From Felis catus (lineage: Eukaryota), in assembly GCF_018350175.1 (NCBI RefSeq), contig NC_058377.1, positions 61,194,001 to 61,258,000 on the forward strand: 64,000 nucleotides of DNA, written 5' to 3'. Of the stretch, positions 36,888 through 48,839 are shown one piece after another. Each line of letters begins with the position of its first letter. Position 1 is the first letter of the stretch. Both the position numbers and the translations under genes were made by a program. The notes beneath the pieces are model-generated. The model did not search any database. It saw only the letters and a program-made list of their open reading frames with translations, and had not been told where the DNA came from.

Positions 36888-37032
36888 TTAATAAAATGTA
36901 ACTTCACAAGTGCCATGCCTCTGCCTCTTTCACGACTGCATATTCAGAGAAAAGAAAGGTCAATTTCAGAGTCAAGAAACTAATGTTTAATCCTAAAGAA
37001 AAAAAAAAAAAATCCTACCTGAACTGGGATCA
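36888..37032. repeat. Dispersed duplication copy 1 (about 140 bp); includes the likely poly(A) signal of the OR
   Basis: 27 bp identical to 38089-38115, then colinear diverged similarity up to AnTCCTACCTGA; AATAAA at 36890. Confidence 0.85.
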
Positions 37033-37604
37033 CCTCAACCAACAAATGCCTCTGAGATGGTTTGTGGTCAAGACCAAATTGTGCATAGTTCCTAGAGACA
37101 AACTTCCGATACCTGAGGTTCTTTCAAATGCCCTGGAAAAGATCTCTTTCGATAACGGGACCATCACTTGCCCTTTTACAAAGTCCACCACTGTCCTGCC
37201 TTCTTAACAGCCTGTGCTCTAAGGTTACCTAGCTCCAAGGGCCAAGAAACACAATTGCCAGATATAAAGGAGAGTTACAAAACACAAAGTTGCATTTTGT
37301 TAAGTGCCTAGGGCAGTAACATACTTATAATTTAGCTAAGTGTTTTAGATTCATTATCTTGCTTAAATATGGCCCCAAATAGATATGGTTTATCATTCCC
37401 AATTTAGATAAGAGGAAATTAAGTCTCAAAGGACTATTAGTTCTTAAGCAAAGAGTTATGAATATCACACCCGTTTCTCCATTATAGAGTTCATTATTTT
37501 TACACAGAAACATGCTGAAACTAATGAGTAAATTTTTATTAGATTAGTGCCCAAACCAGGTATGTTTTCTTTTCTCTACATATCTATTAAAAAATAAAAT
37601 TCCC

Positions 37605-37728
37605 GGGGTGCCTGGGTGGCTCAGTCCGTTAAGCATCTGACTTTGGCTCAGGTCATGATCTCCCAGTTCACGGGCTGAGCTCTGAATCGGGCTCTGTGTT
37701 GACAGGTCAGAGCTTGGAGTCTGCTTCC
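37605..37728 (+). mobile_element. CAN-SINE, 3'-truncated
   Basis: Head and body present; no CT tract or tail. Confidence 0.88.
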
Positions 37729-38088
37729 TCATATATTTGGAAAAGCAAAGATCAATTAATGTGTTTCATGAAACTGAAATTGACATATGAATATATATGG
37801 CTTTCAATTAGATATATTTTTCCCCGTCAGAATTATGGTCTTAAGTACCTAAACTTTTTTTAAAAGAAGAAATAAAAATACAATACCAGATTTCAAGACG
37901 TTAAAAGCTAGAGAAGGAACAATGCTGATAAAAATAGATGAAACCAAAACAATAAAAATAACTTTAGAAATAGTTATTTAGAAGTTTTACAAGGTAGATT
38001 TAATAATTAAACCTAAAAGTATGACTTTTGAGATCATTAGTATATTTAGCATATCAAGATATGGCTAAGAATGAAACCATTTTTGAAA

Positions 38089-38229
38089 TTAATAAAATGT
38101 AACTTCACAAGTGCCTGATTCTGCCTCTTATGTGACCGCATATTCGGAGCAAAGAAAAGGATATTTTGAGGCAAGAAAAGAACGTTTCGTTCAAAAGCAA
38201 AAAAAAATCCTACCTGATCTGGGGGCACT
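38089..38229. repeat. Dispersed duplication copy 2
   Basis: See 36888; offset 1201 bp. Confidence 0.85.
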
Positions 38230-39545
38230 GCAGACCTCCATCCGCTGATTTAGGGCATTTGCCATCTCCTGGAGGAAGCCATCCAATCTTCGCTGGTATC
38301 ACCTCCTAACTAGCAATTCAGCAGCACCTTCCAAGGCTGTTCCATTGCTTGTAGGCCTACAGCTTCTGGGTCATGTGATATGTAAGAAGACTAACAGGTG
38401 CCATGACCACTAGCCCAGAGCTGCACCTCCAGGCTACAAAGTTGGATGAGATCCTATCTGGGAGGATCAATTGCTTTGTAAACCTTCAGTTACTTTTGTT
38501 TGCTGAGGTCCTAAAAACAGAGAAGGCAATTCCATAAAGTAACTGACTGAATACAATCAACTCCAATCATGATGAATTGCTGACTCTTTCAGGGCAAAAG
38601 AGGTCCATTGTAATTAACCTGACACTAAGTGGCTGGTTGGTGTCCACATCAGCTCTGTTTCTGGAAGGCTGCACATTCAGCAGCAACGATGACAGTAGCC
38701 CTGGTGTGTGGGGACCCACACAGTTGGATTCATGCACAACTTCCATTTCTACCCTCATGTCTACTGCATACGTTTCACACTCGTTCCAACACTGAGGGTG
38801 ACCGATGACAGAGGATGACTTCTGGCCACACCATTCTGCCTAACTGGTTGTTTCAAGCTCCTTCCATGCTTGAAGCTCTCTGGTGGATATTAACTGTAAA
38901 CACAAACACCTTCACGCGGGTGTCCTCTGCTTTGGGTCAGATGTATGTCTCTTCTACAGAACGCTTTCGTCCAGCGTTTCATTACTTCTCTGCCCAACCT
39001 CCTGAACAATTAGTCTTTCATAAATTTCTGGGAGTCTACATATATTCTTACCGCAGGTCACTTCTTTTTAAACACCAAAGGACGATCGGGTACACCTCCT
39101 GAAGCTGTAACTATTGGGCACATTTGCTTTTGCTGGAAGTTCCAAATCTCAGGTGCGTTTCCCTTCACTTTTATCTGCCAAGGACACTCCTGAGTGCTAC
39201 TGTAGTGTAGAGGCAGTCTATTTTATTCAATCAGTCTAGACTTATTTCTTTCTCCTTTAGCCGGTCATAAGTAACTATTATCAGACAACAGATGTGACTT
39301 GAGGGAGAAGTGGAGGTATTAGGAGTGATAGTCGATGTGGCGACCTGGAACACTGGCTTGTGCTTGTGTCTTCTGGCCCACTTGTCCCTGATCCAAGGTA
39401 AATGATTCCCATCTTATAATGAACTGGGATGGACCACATAATTTTCTTGATCTCACAGAATTTGGGGAATCATAGGTAGTCTGGCCAAACAGTCACATTT
39501 TGTTTCATGGGCTGGTGTTCTGTATCTCTGTACCTACCAGGGTCA
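38215..39545 (-). mobile_element. Ancient ERVL-type pol fossil (tether, RNase H, integrase)
   Basis: Minus-strand remnants resemble ERVL Pol in the expected order: FIIRWE..GPEDTS, HSGVSLADKSEGK, VKVFVFTVNIHQR, DVDTNQPLS, ISHDPEAVGL, LQEMANALNQR; many stops and frameshifts. Confidence 0.75.
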
Positions 39546-39803
39546 AGTAAAATAACAACAAAAAAAAATTGTTAATTTTTTGTTTGTTTTTATTTGCCTA
39601 AGAATTACTATTTATATTCATTTCCAGATAAGCTCAGAAGTTTCTTTAGATGAATAAGAAAATAGTGTCTGTTTCCAAAATAAAGTACATGGGAAGAGAG
39701 AATTTCCTCCTTGATATTACAGGCGAAATACCTTCTTAAGGCTCTCAGTGACTTATTGTGGAGGGAAGACAAAGGAACATATTTAATACATTATTTCATT
39801 AAC

Positions 39804-40050
39804 GGGTGCCTGGGTGACTCGGTTGGTTGAATACTGAAACCTTGACATGATCTCATGGTTCATGTCAAGCCATGCTGAATGTTGAAATCTTGGTCATGAT
39901 CTCATGGTTCATGGATTCCAGCCCTGCACTGGGCTTTGCACTGACAGTACAGAACCTGTTTGAGATTCTCTCTCTCTTCTTCTCTCTCTGGCCCTCCCTC
40001 ACTCATGTGAGTTCTCTCTCCTCTCTCAAAGGAGATAAACATAAAAAATA
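39804..40050 (+). mobile_element. CAN-SINE with internal duplication and hairpin
   Basis: catgatctcatggttcatg occurs twice; CT tract and A tail present. Confidence 0.88.
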
Positions 40051-40109
40051 TATATTTCAATAAGTGGGTAAGGGAAAACATAAGCTAGAAACCTTGTTTC
40101 TCTACTACT

Positions 40110-40136
40110 AAAAAAAAAAAAAAAAAAAAAAAAAAA
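40110..40136. repeat. Pure poly(A) tract (27 nt)
   Basis: Direct reading. Confidence 0.95.
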
Positions 40137-41339
40137 CATGAAAAAGTGAACAAGGATCCCAGCAACCCATATCCCTTCTAACCCATTCTCTACACTGTCC
40201 AGTAATTAACATATTTAAACATGAAACTTTGCCAACTCATCTAAGATTCCTAAAAATGCATCAGCCTCGGTAGTAGAACTCACTGAAACCTGGTAAATCC
40301 TAATGGTATCTAAAGTACAGCAAACTAGAGGAAGAAGATCCCAGTTGGATGGGATGAGTAGGAAGGGCAGGTGGTCTCTTGCAGGTTGGAGAATGTTGCC
40401 TGCAGTAAATGCTGCTGCACATGCTAGGTCCTTGCTAGACTGTGAACCACAGGGAAAGACCACGAACAGAGTTGGAGCTCACAGGCCTCAGGCATGTAGC
40501 TCCCAAAGCTCAACCACTTCTCCTCAGGATGGCTTCAGAGAGCAGATCCCCACCATGCCCAGGACTGAGGGTGTGCTGGCACACTAACACCTCATTTGGG
40601 GGCAGGAACATGCAATGCAAACTGCTTATCCTCCTTGGTGCCCATTTTCTATCACCTGTTTTAGAGATGTTCAATGCCTTGCATGAACATTCCATAGTAA
40701 GTTTCCTTATTGACCCTCAACATAAATACTGCAACATTGTATCTTTGCTGAGAGAGTGTAAGGAAGGTCTTGGAAAGCAAGCTGACAGCCCAAGGCCTGT
40801 GGAAATAAAAGGGGCCAAAGCTGGGGGAATAGCTCATCAAAGGACTGCTTTGGGGGAAATCCTTTCATACACTACTAAAAGGAGAGTCCAAACACCGTCA
40901 ACTCTCCCGGGACTCCTCCTCCCTTTACTGGGGATTATAGACAATGAAGTAGGGTCGGGAAAGGGAACAACAGGAGGCTCCTGGCAGGAGAAACAGCTCT
41001 AAGAATGGTGGCCGGAAAGAGTTTCTGGAGAGACAGGAGGCTGGCACAGACGTGAAAGGAAACGGTGGGGGTGAGTGCAATAGGTAAGGACAGAGAGTGA
41101 CAAGGCAGACAAGGCCAGAGCCAGAAAAGGAGTGGCTCAAGAAAAAAAGGAACTATTTTCCCCCTAAACATGAGTGTTTCTTGCACTAGGACAACTTGGA
41201 CTTCACCAATGCCTAGCTTCACGGGGCCTACAGTTTGACTCATGGCACAAAGCAACTGTGAACCTGTGCTATAGCCCCGGGCTACTTTCCAAGACAGCTA
41301 CAGGAAACCTGCCTTGCTATAAAACTGAGTCCCATTTCT

Positions 41340-41850
41340 TTTTCGTCCCTCTCTGCCTTACTTCCTTCCAACTTCCCGCCTTCCTGGGCTTCTCACCGGG
41401 TCAGACGCTGAGGGCCAGGGATGAGGACCCAGGGCTACATCCAACACCGGCCCACACAGGGAGACAGGGCCACGCGGTCAGCCGGGGATAGCAGGGTCGG
41501 CCAAGAAGGGCTTGCCTCAGAGTGGACAGAGAGGACCCGATTCTTGGCTTCGAGATCCCTCAAGCCACCCTCACTTGCCTGCAGGATCCGGGACTGCACC
41601 GCCACCGCTGTCTCTCTGCTGTTTCCAGGCGCCCCTTCCCTGCCTCTGGAATCTTTCCAGCCAGAGACTTCCAGGAAGCGCTAAGGCAGCCAGGCCTCGC
41701 CCCTCCTTCTGCCGCCCCTCCCATTGGTGGAGAGGACCATTTCCCAGCCAATCATTCGCCCGAACACCTGACTCCACCCCTCAATTCCAGGCTGAGGATA
41801 TGTGATTGGCCAGACTGGAAGAGCTCTCGCCCCTCCCACCTCAGTAAATT
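41340..41850 (-). promoter_or_regulatory. GC/CpG-rich TATA-less promoter-like element with a putative first exon
   Basis: About 21 CpG in 490 bp by hand count; CCAAT boxes at 41723, 41748, 41805; GC/GT boxes at 41696, 41711, 41772, 41826; TTCCAGGAA 41669-41677; minus-strand CAG|GCAAGT at 41579/41578. Confidence 0.65.
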
Positions 41851-42545
41851 CTGTTGGCCTGGGCCTGAAGAAGCACCTGAGTGGAGTCCTCTATTCTTCT
41901 CAGGGGAGGATGCCCTGTCCCTGGAAACTCAGGTTGGCTTCAGAAACTGCCGCTGCTACTGGTTTTTGTTAGTTTTAATGGTGTACATTTTTTTCTGCAC
42001 GTGGCATGGCTTTTCTCAAGTATTTCAGAGGTCTACAATGTGATTCTCTTATTGGAATTAACCATAAATTCCACATGATATCTTTCCACTGGTAATATTA
42101 TAACAGCCTAGAGACTGCCAGGTCCATGGCCTAACCCCTCAGGCTGTGTACACTGCAGCCAAAACCTGCTTCATAACTCTTTCTTGCTTTAAACCTAACC
42201 CGAAGGTTAAAGTCTTTTGTGTGACTTGATAAATGGTTTGCAGAAAGGATTCCACCTGCAGAATATATTGTCCCAAGCACATGAAAAAGTATACCATGAA
42301 TCGTGCTTAATTTTTGTAATGGAAAGTGTCAGTTTCAAACATTTATCCTTAATTTGAGAATATGTCTTGAGACAAACAGCCTCTTCAAAAACTCGCTGTT
42401 GGAATAATCCACTTAATATTCAGAAGGTTTATTTCATACTCTTTCGAACACATGTGTCTTACCAAGGCCGCCAACAAACTTTTCAATTATGGCTCAACTA
42501 ATCTTTTAACATGAACCAAGATGACATCCTCCGTTGAAAATTTTG

Positions 42546-42680
42546 GGATGGGTATCGAGGAGGGCACCTTTTGGGATGAGCACTGGGTGTTGTATGGAAA
42601 CCAATTTGACAATAAATTTCATATATTGAAAAAAAATAAATAAACACAACAACAAAAATAAATAAATAAAAGAAAAAAAA
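42546..42680 (+). mobile_element. Severely 5'-truncated L1 (L1_Fc-type 3' end)
   Basis: gaggagggcaccttttgggatgagcactgggtgttgtatggaaaccaatttgacaataaa plus A tail; TSD GAAAATTTTGG. Confidence 0.9.
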
Positions 42681-42947
42681 GAAAATTTTGGACATGACTG
42701 TATTTATATTATGTTGTTGTTTTCCTTGTGAGTGTGCACTATTAATTAACTTTCTTTCTGCTAGGATTGAAAAATAACACATCTGCCAGATCAATATCTA
42801 CATGTCATGTAGCTGAAAAATCCAGCCAAAACCAACTTCTCGCATAACAGTTGCAATTGGTACCATTAATTGCTTGTGTTTTCAATAGTTCACTGACCCA
42901 CTATCTATCTCCAATATTTGCTTAAACAGAGACAAAACATGTAGCTA

Positions 42948-43108
42948 TGTTATACTATATATACTATACTATATATAATATATTTTTCTATATATATTGT
43001 ATACTATATATATTTATATATATTGTATTCTATTTTATATACAATAATATGTATATGTATTATGTATTGTATTATACTGTATATAATATATTTTAATATA
43101 TAAAATAT
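42948..43108. repeat. AT-rich low-complexity, degenerate (TA)n
   Basis: Direct reading. Confidence 0.85.
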
Positions 43109-44014
43109 TCTGTAATACCTTACATGGGTGCATAGTTGGCTAGTGGTTTATTGGCATTGCAGTCTCTCTACTCTATCATGTACATCTCTCTCGGCATTTT
43201 TGTACAATTGCATTTCTAGTGCTTTATTTCAGTCAGTATGGATCATCATTTTTCCAAGCTTCCAAGAGCCAAATTAGCAACATATTGGCACCATTTCCCA
43301 AGGTTCTTGGGAAAAAGTTAAGTCTTCTGTCATAAGGGATTGCTCTCATATAAACAAACTTTCTCCATCTGACTTTTAGTCCCCCCATTGTTGTTGTTGT
43401 CATTTTATTTTCTTTTTGTGTTTTAAGCTGAATTTTCAAAATTTTCAGATTTTCCAACTCAGATATCTCCATTTTACATCTCCATGCCCCACTCTTTCCA
43501 AAACAGGAGATGGAACTTAGCATAGAAGACTTACAAGGTTTGAGAATTTTGCCTTCCCTGGAGCTTCACTACTCCTAGAAATTCTCTGCTCTCCACATAT
43601 TTTAGGTGAGTGCTGATTGCATTCTTCCAAGGATGTCCTCTCTTCTTCCAACTTTACCTTAAATTAGTGGTTAAAAATGGTCTCATTTCATTGTCCTTCT
43701 GTATTGCATCAGTGGCCCTCAGACATACAATTCTGTGGTTCTAAGGATTAATGTGTTTAGTTTGTGTAGCCTTCCCCAAATGCATTTGTTACAGCTCTCT
43801 CCTTTGTCCATGTTGTTCCCAACACACCGTTTTTGTATCTGTGCTTAAATAACTTGAGCTTTTCTCTACCTCCAGGTTTTTGTTTTGTTTTGTTTTTTAC
43901 TTACTCTTATCTTTTCCATAGATTTTTCTTTCTCCAGCTTTTCAAAAAAATGCTTCCATTATATTTTAGATCGATGCTGATGGATAATCTGATCATACTA
44001 TCTAAAGTAGCCCC

Positions 44015-44187
44015 GCAAAAATAAATAAATGTTAAAAAAAAAATTAAAAAAAAAAAACTGGGCTGATGGCTCAGAGCCTGGGGCTTGCTTCCGATTCTGC
44101 GTCTCCCTCTCTCTCTGCCCCTCCCCCGTTCATGCTGTGTCTCTCTCTGTCTCAAAAATAAATAAAGGTTAAAAAAAAAATTTGTTT
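44015..44187 (+). mobile_element. Composite 5'-truncated SINEC_Fc insertion (extra tail in front)
   Basis: TSD TAAAGTAGCCCC (44003-44014, 44188-44199) encloses tail, 3' body, tail. Confidence 0.88.
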
Positions 44188-44204
44188 TAAAGTAGCCCCA
44201 TTCA

Positions 44205-44410
44205 GGGTGCCAGGGTGGCTCAGTTGATTAAGCAACCGGCTCTTGATTTCTGCTCAGGTCATGATCTCATGACTCATGGGATCCAGCCACACATTGGGCC
44301 CTGCACCAACAGCATAGAGCCTGCTTAGGATTCTCTCTGTCCTTCTCTCTGTGCCCCTCCCCCATTCATGCATGTGTGATCGCTCTCTCAAAATAAACAA
44401 AGATTAAAAA
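44205..44410 (+). mobile_element. CAN-SINE
   Basis: Diverged full body. Confidence 0.9.
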
Positions 44411-46203
44411 CAGTGGTCTCATCCTTTGTTCTCTCAGAGCATCTCATCCATTTTTATAACAAATTTTCAGAATGCGAAATTCTTCACTCAATTTACGAGT
44501 TACATAATTTATTTTATGTAATTTCCCAAATGCCCTCTCTCCATTAGATCAACATTTTATGAAACCCATCTGCTTCATAGCAGCCTTGTTTTTTTTACTA
44601 CATCCTCAGCACCTACTACCATGCCTGCATTAGAGCAGAATTCTAGTGTACATTCATTGAATGAATCTTCTTTGTTTGAATACCTGGCTGACCTATTGTG
44701 TGATAGGTAGCCTAGGCTCTTGACTACTCCAGAATAAGTGTGGCCATTGATCTATAAATAATTGAAATTATTTCTTCAATATTAACTAAAATTCACAGCA
44801 AAAACCAAAAACCAAAAACCAAACAAAAACCCCGGAACAACAAGAAAATACTTTACCTATGAGAATGGGTTCATGAGCCAAAGTCATCACTTTTATATTA
44901 AGTAGAACTGTGGTAGACTTAGAATAAACATGAATATGAAGATGCTTCTGAGGGTATCAGTCTGTTTTTTCTAACTGGACTCTTTTCCTCTTTAATTTCT
45001 TTTCCTTTCTATGTTCACTGGCAAGTTTTCATCATTTTTTAAATCAGAATTAATAAATATAGACACCTAAACAGTGAAGTTATTTCCAGTTTACCCATCT
45101 GATTCCAACTTAAACACTTGTCCAGAAAGAAGAAATAAAAAATTCAAGGTTAAAAGTGGCACGATACTTAATAAATAGACATTGAGAGAGGTATTCTAGC
45201 CACAGAAGAAACTGCTAACCTATGTTATTAAAGGCTAATGACAAAACAATTTTGAACATTATCAGGAATACAATAGATCTTAAAGAAACCATAATCTTTA
45301 TATCACATACCCATAATGACTTACCCTACAAAATAGTCCATATAAATATGAGTATTGAACTTCAAAAAAAGAAAAGAGGTATATCACAGTCAAGAGTAGC
45401 TAGAAAAATGAATTATAAGAAAATATCATAACAGAATATTTCTCTATTTAAAATAATAGATAAGGAGCAGATGGGATTAGAATATGCAAGATCATCAAAG
45501 AATGGGAGAGGGGGCTATAAATATTTTTAAAGAATCAACTGAGTCAATTTGAACCACACTGAGGAAACAGATAAAAGAATGGTAGGACAGTTTTTGATAT
45601 CATCAGGTCTTCTGGAAGAGTGTTTTTAAGAAGAGATTTCATTTAAAAACTTTAAAAGAATTTTAGCTAGACATAGTGAAATGAGAATATGTTACCAAAA
45701 ATTCCAGAAGAACTCTAGAAGGAACATCATGAGAGCTTCTTCATCTGTTCAGAAAATTTGGTCAAAATCATCCAGATCTCCAGTATTACAGATTTAAAAT
45801 GCCTTCAGTCTTAGTGTTCAGGAGACACAAATAATCCCATCAATTAAGACCTACAAATGTACAGCATCACAATGAAAGTCAGAGATAATGAGTCAATAAA
45901 ACACCTCTGATAAAGGAGATAAGACTGAACAACAGGATAGTCTTGTGGCAGCAAACATAGTAGATAAGACCACATAATAGTGGATATATTACATTATCAG
46001 GGAAATATATTAAGAATAAATCATTTAAATCAGCCACCTTCCAAGCAGTTCTCCTGAGAACAAAATCTAGTCAATGCTAATTAATACTTTAAATATTAAA
46101 AATAGAAGATATAGGGATTCAGGCTTTTAGAAAGAGGGTTAATATTTTTCCCCCATGTAAGTAAATGAATCTTAACAAAAGAATAGTTGATGAGGTTGTT
46201 GTT

Positions 46204-47127
46204 TCAGAATTTGTGAGAAGTAAAAGCTTGGAGGAATCGATCTCTGATCGTCTTGGTTCTTATAGATCATTCACCATGGATGGAGCAAGGAGGTAGATGC
46301 TAGCCACAAAGATGTGAATATGAGGAGCCATATGGCCACCAAATCTGTGAGTGAGGAAGGAGAAAAAGGCTGGAGCATAGACCACTAAGATCACACACAC
46401 ATGGGATCCACGTGTTTCCAAGGTCTTGAGCTTAGCACCTTTGGATGGAAGATGGAAGACAGTGTAAAGGATGATAACATAGGAACATAGGATTAATATG
46501 AAATCTAAACCTCCAGCAAGGAAGGCAGCAGCCAGCCTGCAGATTCTGCAGATCCTTGTCTCTTCACAAGGTAGCCTGATCAGAGCCATAAATTCACAGT
46601 AAGTGTGAGAGATGACAGTAGTTCTGCAGTAAGGAAGCCACTGAGGCATGAAAGGTTGAGGACTGAAGAGCAAAACCCCATGGAGGACAATAGCTAGCCC
46701 CAAGTTCTTGATGACTCTATGTGTCAGGATAGCAAAATGTCTCAGAGGATCACAGATTGCCATATACTGGTCAAAGGCCATGGCCAAGATAAACCCTGAG
46801 GCCATGTTGCATAGTGAATGAATGAGAAACACTTGTGTGAGTGTTCTTCAAAATAGATCTCCCTACCATGGAACCAAAAAATGCTGAGGATTTGGGCACA
46901 GTGATGGAGATGAAGAAGTCAGCCACAGAGAGCGTACAGAGGAAGAAGTACATGGGGTCATACAGGTTGGAATCTGTTCTGACAATAAAGAGAAGAATTA
47001 CCCAGCAGAGCACTCAGGTAGATAGGCAGAAGGGCCATGAGAGCCAAGTGTGGATGGCCTCCATCCCTAGAAGGCCAAGGAGAAGAAAAGTACTGGGGTG
47101 GAAATTGGTATTATTTGACAACAACAT
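46204..47127 (-). pseudogene. Olfactory receptor family 52 pseudogene
   Basis: ATG at 47127 ([18 protein letters not shown]); frameshifts in TM1, after TM2, before TM3 and in NPxxY; DRY changed to DQY; HTYCEFMALIRL and THRFG retained; ancestral stop TGA at 46206-46204. Confidence 0.93.
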
Positions 47128-47550
47128 GATGAAAACCCCTGGCTCCACTCAGTCATGGGATGGTGCTGAGTCTTTCATACTCATTTGTCCATTCATTCTC
47201 TTCTGCCTTTATTTTCATTTATATAAAAGCCTTGGCGATGTTTTATACCCCAAGGATACAGTGATAAGTAGGACTGATCCCTAACTTTAGATATTAGCAT
47301 TCTAATAGTGGAGAAACCTATGCAAACCAAGGATTAAATTCCCAAGTGAACAATTCAGTGAAAGTTATATGAATAAACAGGGAGACTTATTCCACTTGTA
47401 TGAACCAGAAGATTCATAGTGAAGATGCTTAGTCTTGGTTCTGAAGCATATTGGGCCTTTAAAATTAAGAGAAAACTATGACTACAATAAAGTTCACAGT
47501 CAGAAGACATCAGTGCCTCCACTGAGAAGTTTAAAGAATCTTCTTTTGCT

Positions 47551-47773
47551 GGGTGCCTGGGTGGATCAGTCAGTTATGCGTCCCACTCTTGATTTTGGCA
47601 CAAGTCATGATCTCAGGGTTTGTGAGAGGGAGCCCATGTTGGGCTCTGTGCTTGACGGTGCAGAGCTTGCTTGGGATTCTCTTTCTTGCTCGCTCTCTCT
47701 CTGCCCCTCCCCTGCTCACATGCTCTCTCTGTCTCTCAAAATAAATAAATAAACTTAAAAAATAAAAAAAATA
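47551..47773 (+). mobile_element. CAN-SINE
   Basis: Full body; approximate TSD AATCTTCTT. Confidence 0.92.
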
Positions 47774-47830
47774 ACAATCTTCTTCTGTTTGTATGTGGGT
47801 GAATCTGGAGTAGTTGTTTGAAACATAAGC

Positions 47831-48039
47831 TTTTATGTTTATTTTTGAGAGAGAGAGAGCTCATATGATCAGTAGAAGGGCAGAGAGAGATAGAGGGGAG
47901 AGCGTGAAGGACAGAGGATCTGAAGCAGGATCTGGGCTGACAGCAGAGAGCCCGATGTGGGGCTCAAACTCACAAGCATGTGAGATCATGACCTGAACCA
48001 GAGTCAGATGCTTAACTGACTGAGCCACCCAGGCACTCC
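47831..48039 (-). mobile_element. CAN-SINE
   Basis: Full body; TSD ACATAAGCTTTT. Confidence 0.92.
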
Positions 48040-48839
48040 AAGACATAAGCTTTTGTCTATGGCTGCTTCCTCATGTTATCAAGCACAGAAGTGAAGCCAT
48101 CATGATACACTTTTAATTGATTAAAGACACTTTCTATGAATTAAACATAATGTGGTTGCCTAAAACATATCTTTTGTATACACTTCGGCATCATGAGAAG
48201 TCTGAAACATTACAAACCAATCTGTTAGCAGAGATTGGGAGTTGTAAATCCAGGGAGATAGAAACAAATATTGCTTCTTTATAACAATCCTGCATTTTTT
48301 TTTCCTTTGTGAAAAAAAAAAAAAGTTGTGTGTTAGTGGTTTCTCACTAATTCGAACATATTTTGTTTTCATTTTCATTCGCTTTAAACTATTTTCTAAT
48401 GTTTCTTTTGATTTCTTTGACCCACAAACTATTTAGAAGTATGTTATTACTTTCCAAATATCTAGGGAGGGGGCTTCAAGGGAAATTGCTATTACTTTGG
48501 AATTATCATAGCAGAACTCTGACCTTAATTGTCTCACCCCAAATTAGAATTCATTTTTCCAGAACTGCTTCCAAGATATATTTGATGGCAATGAAACTGT
48601 AGACTGAAGAGAACAGAAGATTGTTTCCTAAATTTCACCTGATTGTCCACTATGCTACATATAATTAGCATGTATTGATAAATAATATTAATTTCATGTA
48701 TTCTAGATTCTTTTTCCAAGGAGTGAGAGCTATAAGAGTGACAGCAAAATGTCTTAAGCCAGGGCATATCTGCATCTATCTCCTTAAACTAAGCAAAAAT
48801 GAGGAAATCAAGAGTTTATGAAATTAGAACCTGAGTTCT

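Noticed and set aside
40088-40136. gaaaccttgtttctctactact plus poly(A), reminiscent of an Alu linker or an orphan retro-insertion
   Set aside because: No Alu body, carnivore context, and the only TSD candidate (AAAACAT) is too short to trust
40442-42043. Cluster of 100-186 aa ORFs around the GC-rich patch
   Set aside because: Expected from high GC content; mostly non-ATG starts, no recognisable domain, and overlapping in several frames
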